Positions 31,864 to 34,811 of a DNA stretch of 34,811 nt are shown here, one piece after another (position 1 is the first letter of the stretch; each line of letters begins with the position of its first letter). A program made the position numbers and the translations under genes. The notes under the pieces were generated by a model, which searched no databases, was not told where the DNA came from, and saw only the letters and a list, made by a program, of their open reading frames with translations. The stretch comes from Trichosphaerium sp. ATCC 40318 (Eukaryota > Protista > Tubulinea): positions 1-34,811 of the forward strand of contig JALMLS010000032.1 in assembly GCA_038496445.1 (NCBI GenBank), written 5' to 3'.

Positions 31864-34286
31864 ATGGACAGACCACCTATGCTCGCGTCATTAAAGCTAG
31901 GACCCTCTGGCATGATATACCCCAGGCAAAACTTCACAAAACGCGTTACAGATGTATACGAGTTAGGAGACGTTGTTGGAGAAGGCACATTTGCTGAAGT
32001 GCGGTAAGCATTCCCCTTTCAGATTGAATAAAATCATACAATTCCAAAATACGCACAAAACCGCTTCCTTCGCGTCCGGAGACATAGTAGTACCTGTCCG
32101 TTTAATACAAATGGCATTTGGTTCCCTAAAAATTATATGTTTATTTAATCATATTCTCTTCGATGTTGGTGCCTCGGAAACGTGTTTTTAACGCTTATTT
32201 TTAGGCTTGCTAAGGAAAAAAAGACTGGTGAACAATATGCTGTTAAAGTAATTGATAAAGATTATACTGGATCTCTTGATATGCTTGAAGAGACGCGGAT
32301 TTTAGTACGTTTTAACAGAAAAAGATCTTTTTTGCACACAAAATCACGTGATAAACACGGGGTTGTTGTATAAGGTTCTACAAGCTCGCAAGAGCGATAA
32401 CCTTGACTTGATGACATTTTTTTATGGGTTTCTCGTTGACACGTTAAAACTAACACGTGATTATACTTACTATGTTTTAAGGCTAAACTAAACCATAAAA
32501 ATATTGTTGCATACAAAGAGATGTTTAGTTCTGATGACAAGTACTTTGTAATATTGGAGGTGCATAAGAAATTAAATGAATTATTTATTTTGCGATCTAC
32601 TATCGTGTCACGTGGTAGTGATACGTGCCTGTAGGCGTGGAGCGAGTAGAATATTTAGCGATTTCGCTTTTTTTTTTGTTTGTTTTTTTTGTTAATCACG
32701 TGTTAGTATGTCTGTGGTGGAGAGCTGTTAGATAGAATTATAAAATTGAATAGATACACAGAAAAGCATGCTGCAGATGTAATAAAACAAGCGTTACTAG
32801 GTATAAGACATATGCATGATAAACACTATACGCATAATGATTTAAAGTATCCAATACTTTTTGTTTCTTTTTTCTTTTTTTTTGAAAATCTTTTCTTTGC
32901 GCCTTAACTCCTCTATACCTGAAAATCTTCTATTGGGTTCTAAAGAATGGGATGCGGAATTAAAAATAGCAGATTTTGGGTATGCAAGACATCACACTGA
33001 TGATATCAAGGTAACGCTTCAACAAAAACAGAAAAGAGTTTAATAGTCAATTTCTTAATGAACTTTTAGGAAGTTATTGGAACGTAAGTGTTGGTGTTTT
33101 TGTGATCGTGTTGTCAATGATTTAATTGTTTTACAGACTTCCGTATATGGCACCGGAAACAGTCATGGAGTTACCTCATGGCAAGGAGGTAGACATATGG
33201 TATTAAAAGTTTTTAAAATGTAAAATCTCATTCTGATGACTTTTTTTTAAGGTCGCTTGGAGTAGTCATGTATGTACTTCTGAGTGGATTTCATCCTTTT
33301 CAAAGCGATGATGATCATTCGGTTGTAGCATCAATAATAGCGTGGGGGAAAGAAATAACGTGGTAGGCACCTTACATCTAAAACAAACAAACAAAAAAAA
33401 GTGAATGCATCCAACTGTTTATGATTTTGACCCTAGGTATGGCAAGGTATGGCATAAAATCAGCGATAATGCAAAGATCTACTACGTAAGATGTTGGTAC
33501 GGCTACTAATACATCCACAAGTCACTATCTTTTTAGTCGGTTGCAAAGCATTTTTTTTTTTGGAATTTAGAAAAAATCTAAGTTAAAATCGTTTGTTACA
33601 TCGCATGTCTCACGTGACTTTAGTGTTTTGATAGAACAAAAAGAATCTCAGCAAAAGATGCTCTTAAGCATCCATGGATATTAGATCTATGTAGTGATAC
33701 ATCTGACGTTGCAGGTACTTCTTCTATTACTTTTTGGAAAAACCACTAACAATGCATTAGAGTGTCCAGAGTTACCTGAAGAAGTTGCTCAAGGCATACG
33801 CAAATTACAGGTAGGTTACCACTGCATTATTAATGTTTTATGTTCATTGTTGTCACGTGATTTTTAAAAGCACGTGCTGCGTGTACAGCTGTATAAACAA
33901 TCGTCTTTTTCTACAACTTTTTTTTAAATGTTTGTATTGAACAGGCAAGGCGAAGACTTAAAGCTGCAATGTTTGCTGTAAGGGCTACAAAGAGATTAGA
34001 AATTCTTAATAGAACAAGAAAGAGAAAGCTAGCGACAAGCAGATATATGGACTACTTAACGCTAACAACACTACCTCTACCAAAAGGTCAGTAAACAAAG
34101 TTCACTTAATGAAAATCATTGTTAAATTCTTTTTAATGTTTTAGGTTTAGGTATTAATATAAAGAAGAGGGAGTCTTATCTTTCACCTGAAGACTTTAAA
34201 GTAGTTCTAGGATGTGAGAGAGAAAAGTTTTATAGTTACCTTTATGGAAACAAGACTCATTAAAAAGATCTGTTGGTTTGTTTTAA
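31864..34286 (+). CDS. CaMK-like Ser/Thr kinase with a calmodulin-binding-like segment and a C-terminal villin headpiece
   Basis: GEGTFAEV, YAVKVI, GGELLDRI, HNDLKPEN, IADFG, GTLPYMAPE, DIWSLGV, LKHPWI, then 'ARRRLKAAMFAV' and 'ESYLSPEDFKVVLGCEREKFY(K)LPLWKQDSLKRSVGLF*'. Two 1-nt indels (~33475, ~34234) are needed. The true start may lie further upstream (Cys-rich frame from 31532). Confidence 0.85.
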
Positions 34287-34369
34287 AAAAAATTCAAACA
34301 AAAAATGAAACGTTGAGTACGAGTTGGTGGAAGTGCAAGAGTAAACACTCTGTGCTATGCAATTCTTTC

Positions 34370-34811
34370 TTTCATTGCAAACGGTTGATCATTGCAGTTT
34401 CTTCAAATAGTGCAGCAAGGAAACCTGCTATGATCGCTTCCTGAAAAAAAGAAAAAAAACTGTTTCGTTTATCAACAAAAAGAAAAAATAAAATGTTTAG
34501 ATATCACTTCATGCATGTCACCATTCTATACTCAATGTACGCAATCTTTAGGCATTGATATCATCACATAATGTTACATAAAGAGGGTGCCTTTTTTTTA
34601 CTTTTTTCATCGTTGCAACTCCTCTTCCAGGCTTGAAGTCGTTTGTAAACCGGCACTGTGTACCTCAGGCAGCCAAAATATTAAACATGAGGGAGTGTGA
34701 ACTGCTGTGGTGTTCCCTGGATTTATCCACAGAAACCATCAATGAATTTGGTGGCATCTGTTACTTCACCTTTCGTGGAATGAGCGGTATGATAATGGAC
34801 ACTTATGGTAC
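34370..34811 (-). CDS. Possible 3' end of a gene running off the window edge (unidentified)
   Basis: A polypyrimidine acceptor at ~34442 is followed by 'EAIIAGFLAALFEETAMINRLQ*', with higher-GC sequence towards the window end. No family recognised and frames not resolved. Confidence 0.3.

Noticed and set aside
33465-34240. Programmed frameshifting, RNA editing or pseudogenisation to explain 1-nt indels (also ~27360, ~30960, ~686)
   Set aside because: Most fall in or beside homopolymer/dinucleotide runs in otherwise conserved genes. Assembly error is the simplest explanation until reads are checked.
1742-34286. Alternative genetic code as the cause of the many short ORFs
   Set aside because: Stops fall within introns, and spliced exons translate cleanly with the standard code.

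Overview
AT-rich, compact, intron-dense eukaryotic genomic DNA. Gene content and style suggest a protist, most likely an amoebozoan (inference). Introns are mostly 45-250 nt with a GTACGT/GTAAGT-like donor, and scattered 1-nt indels in otherwise intact genes suggest assembly errors. The left ~14.5 kb is an accessory-looking region. It holds a TGGTATATACCA palindrome array, a frameshifted intronless MORN-variant gene, two tandem 15-exon class C (GABA-B/Grl-like) GPCR genes with an inverted pseudo-exon and an intronless orphan ORF between them, a complete 2,495-bp Ginger2/TDD-like DNA transposon (TGT...ACA ends, 5-bp TSD, 11-intron integrase gene) that splits a small ORF, and an intronless F-box/LRR gene. 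The right part holds a third class C 7TM receptor with a non-VFT ectodomain, an unknown membrane protein, a SAM-domain protein, a ~70-aa tandem-repeat protein with a C-terminal PD-(D/E)xK/RAP-like nuclease domain, an LPLAT acyltransferase, a small PI3K/PI4K-family kinase with DRH->DSH, a homocysteine S-methyltransferase, and a CaMK-like kinase fused to a villin headpiece. The most notable signals are the repeat+nuclease protein, strong CACGTG enrichment in introns, a U12-like GT-AT intron candidate, several GC-AG introns, and the intact intron-rich transposon. Gene models were assembled by hand; no database searches were run.
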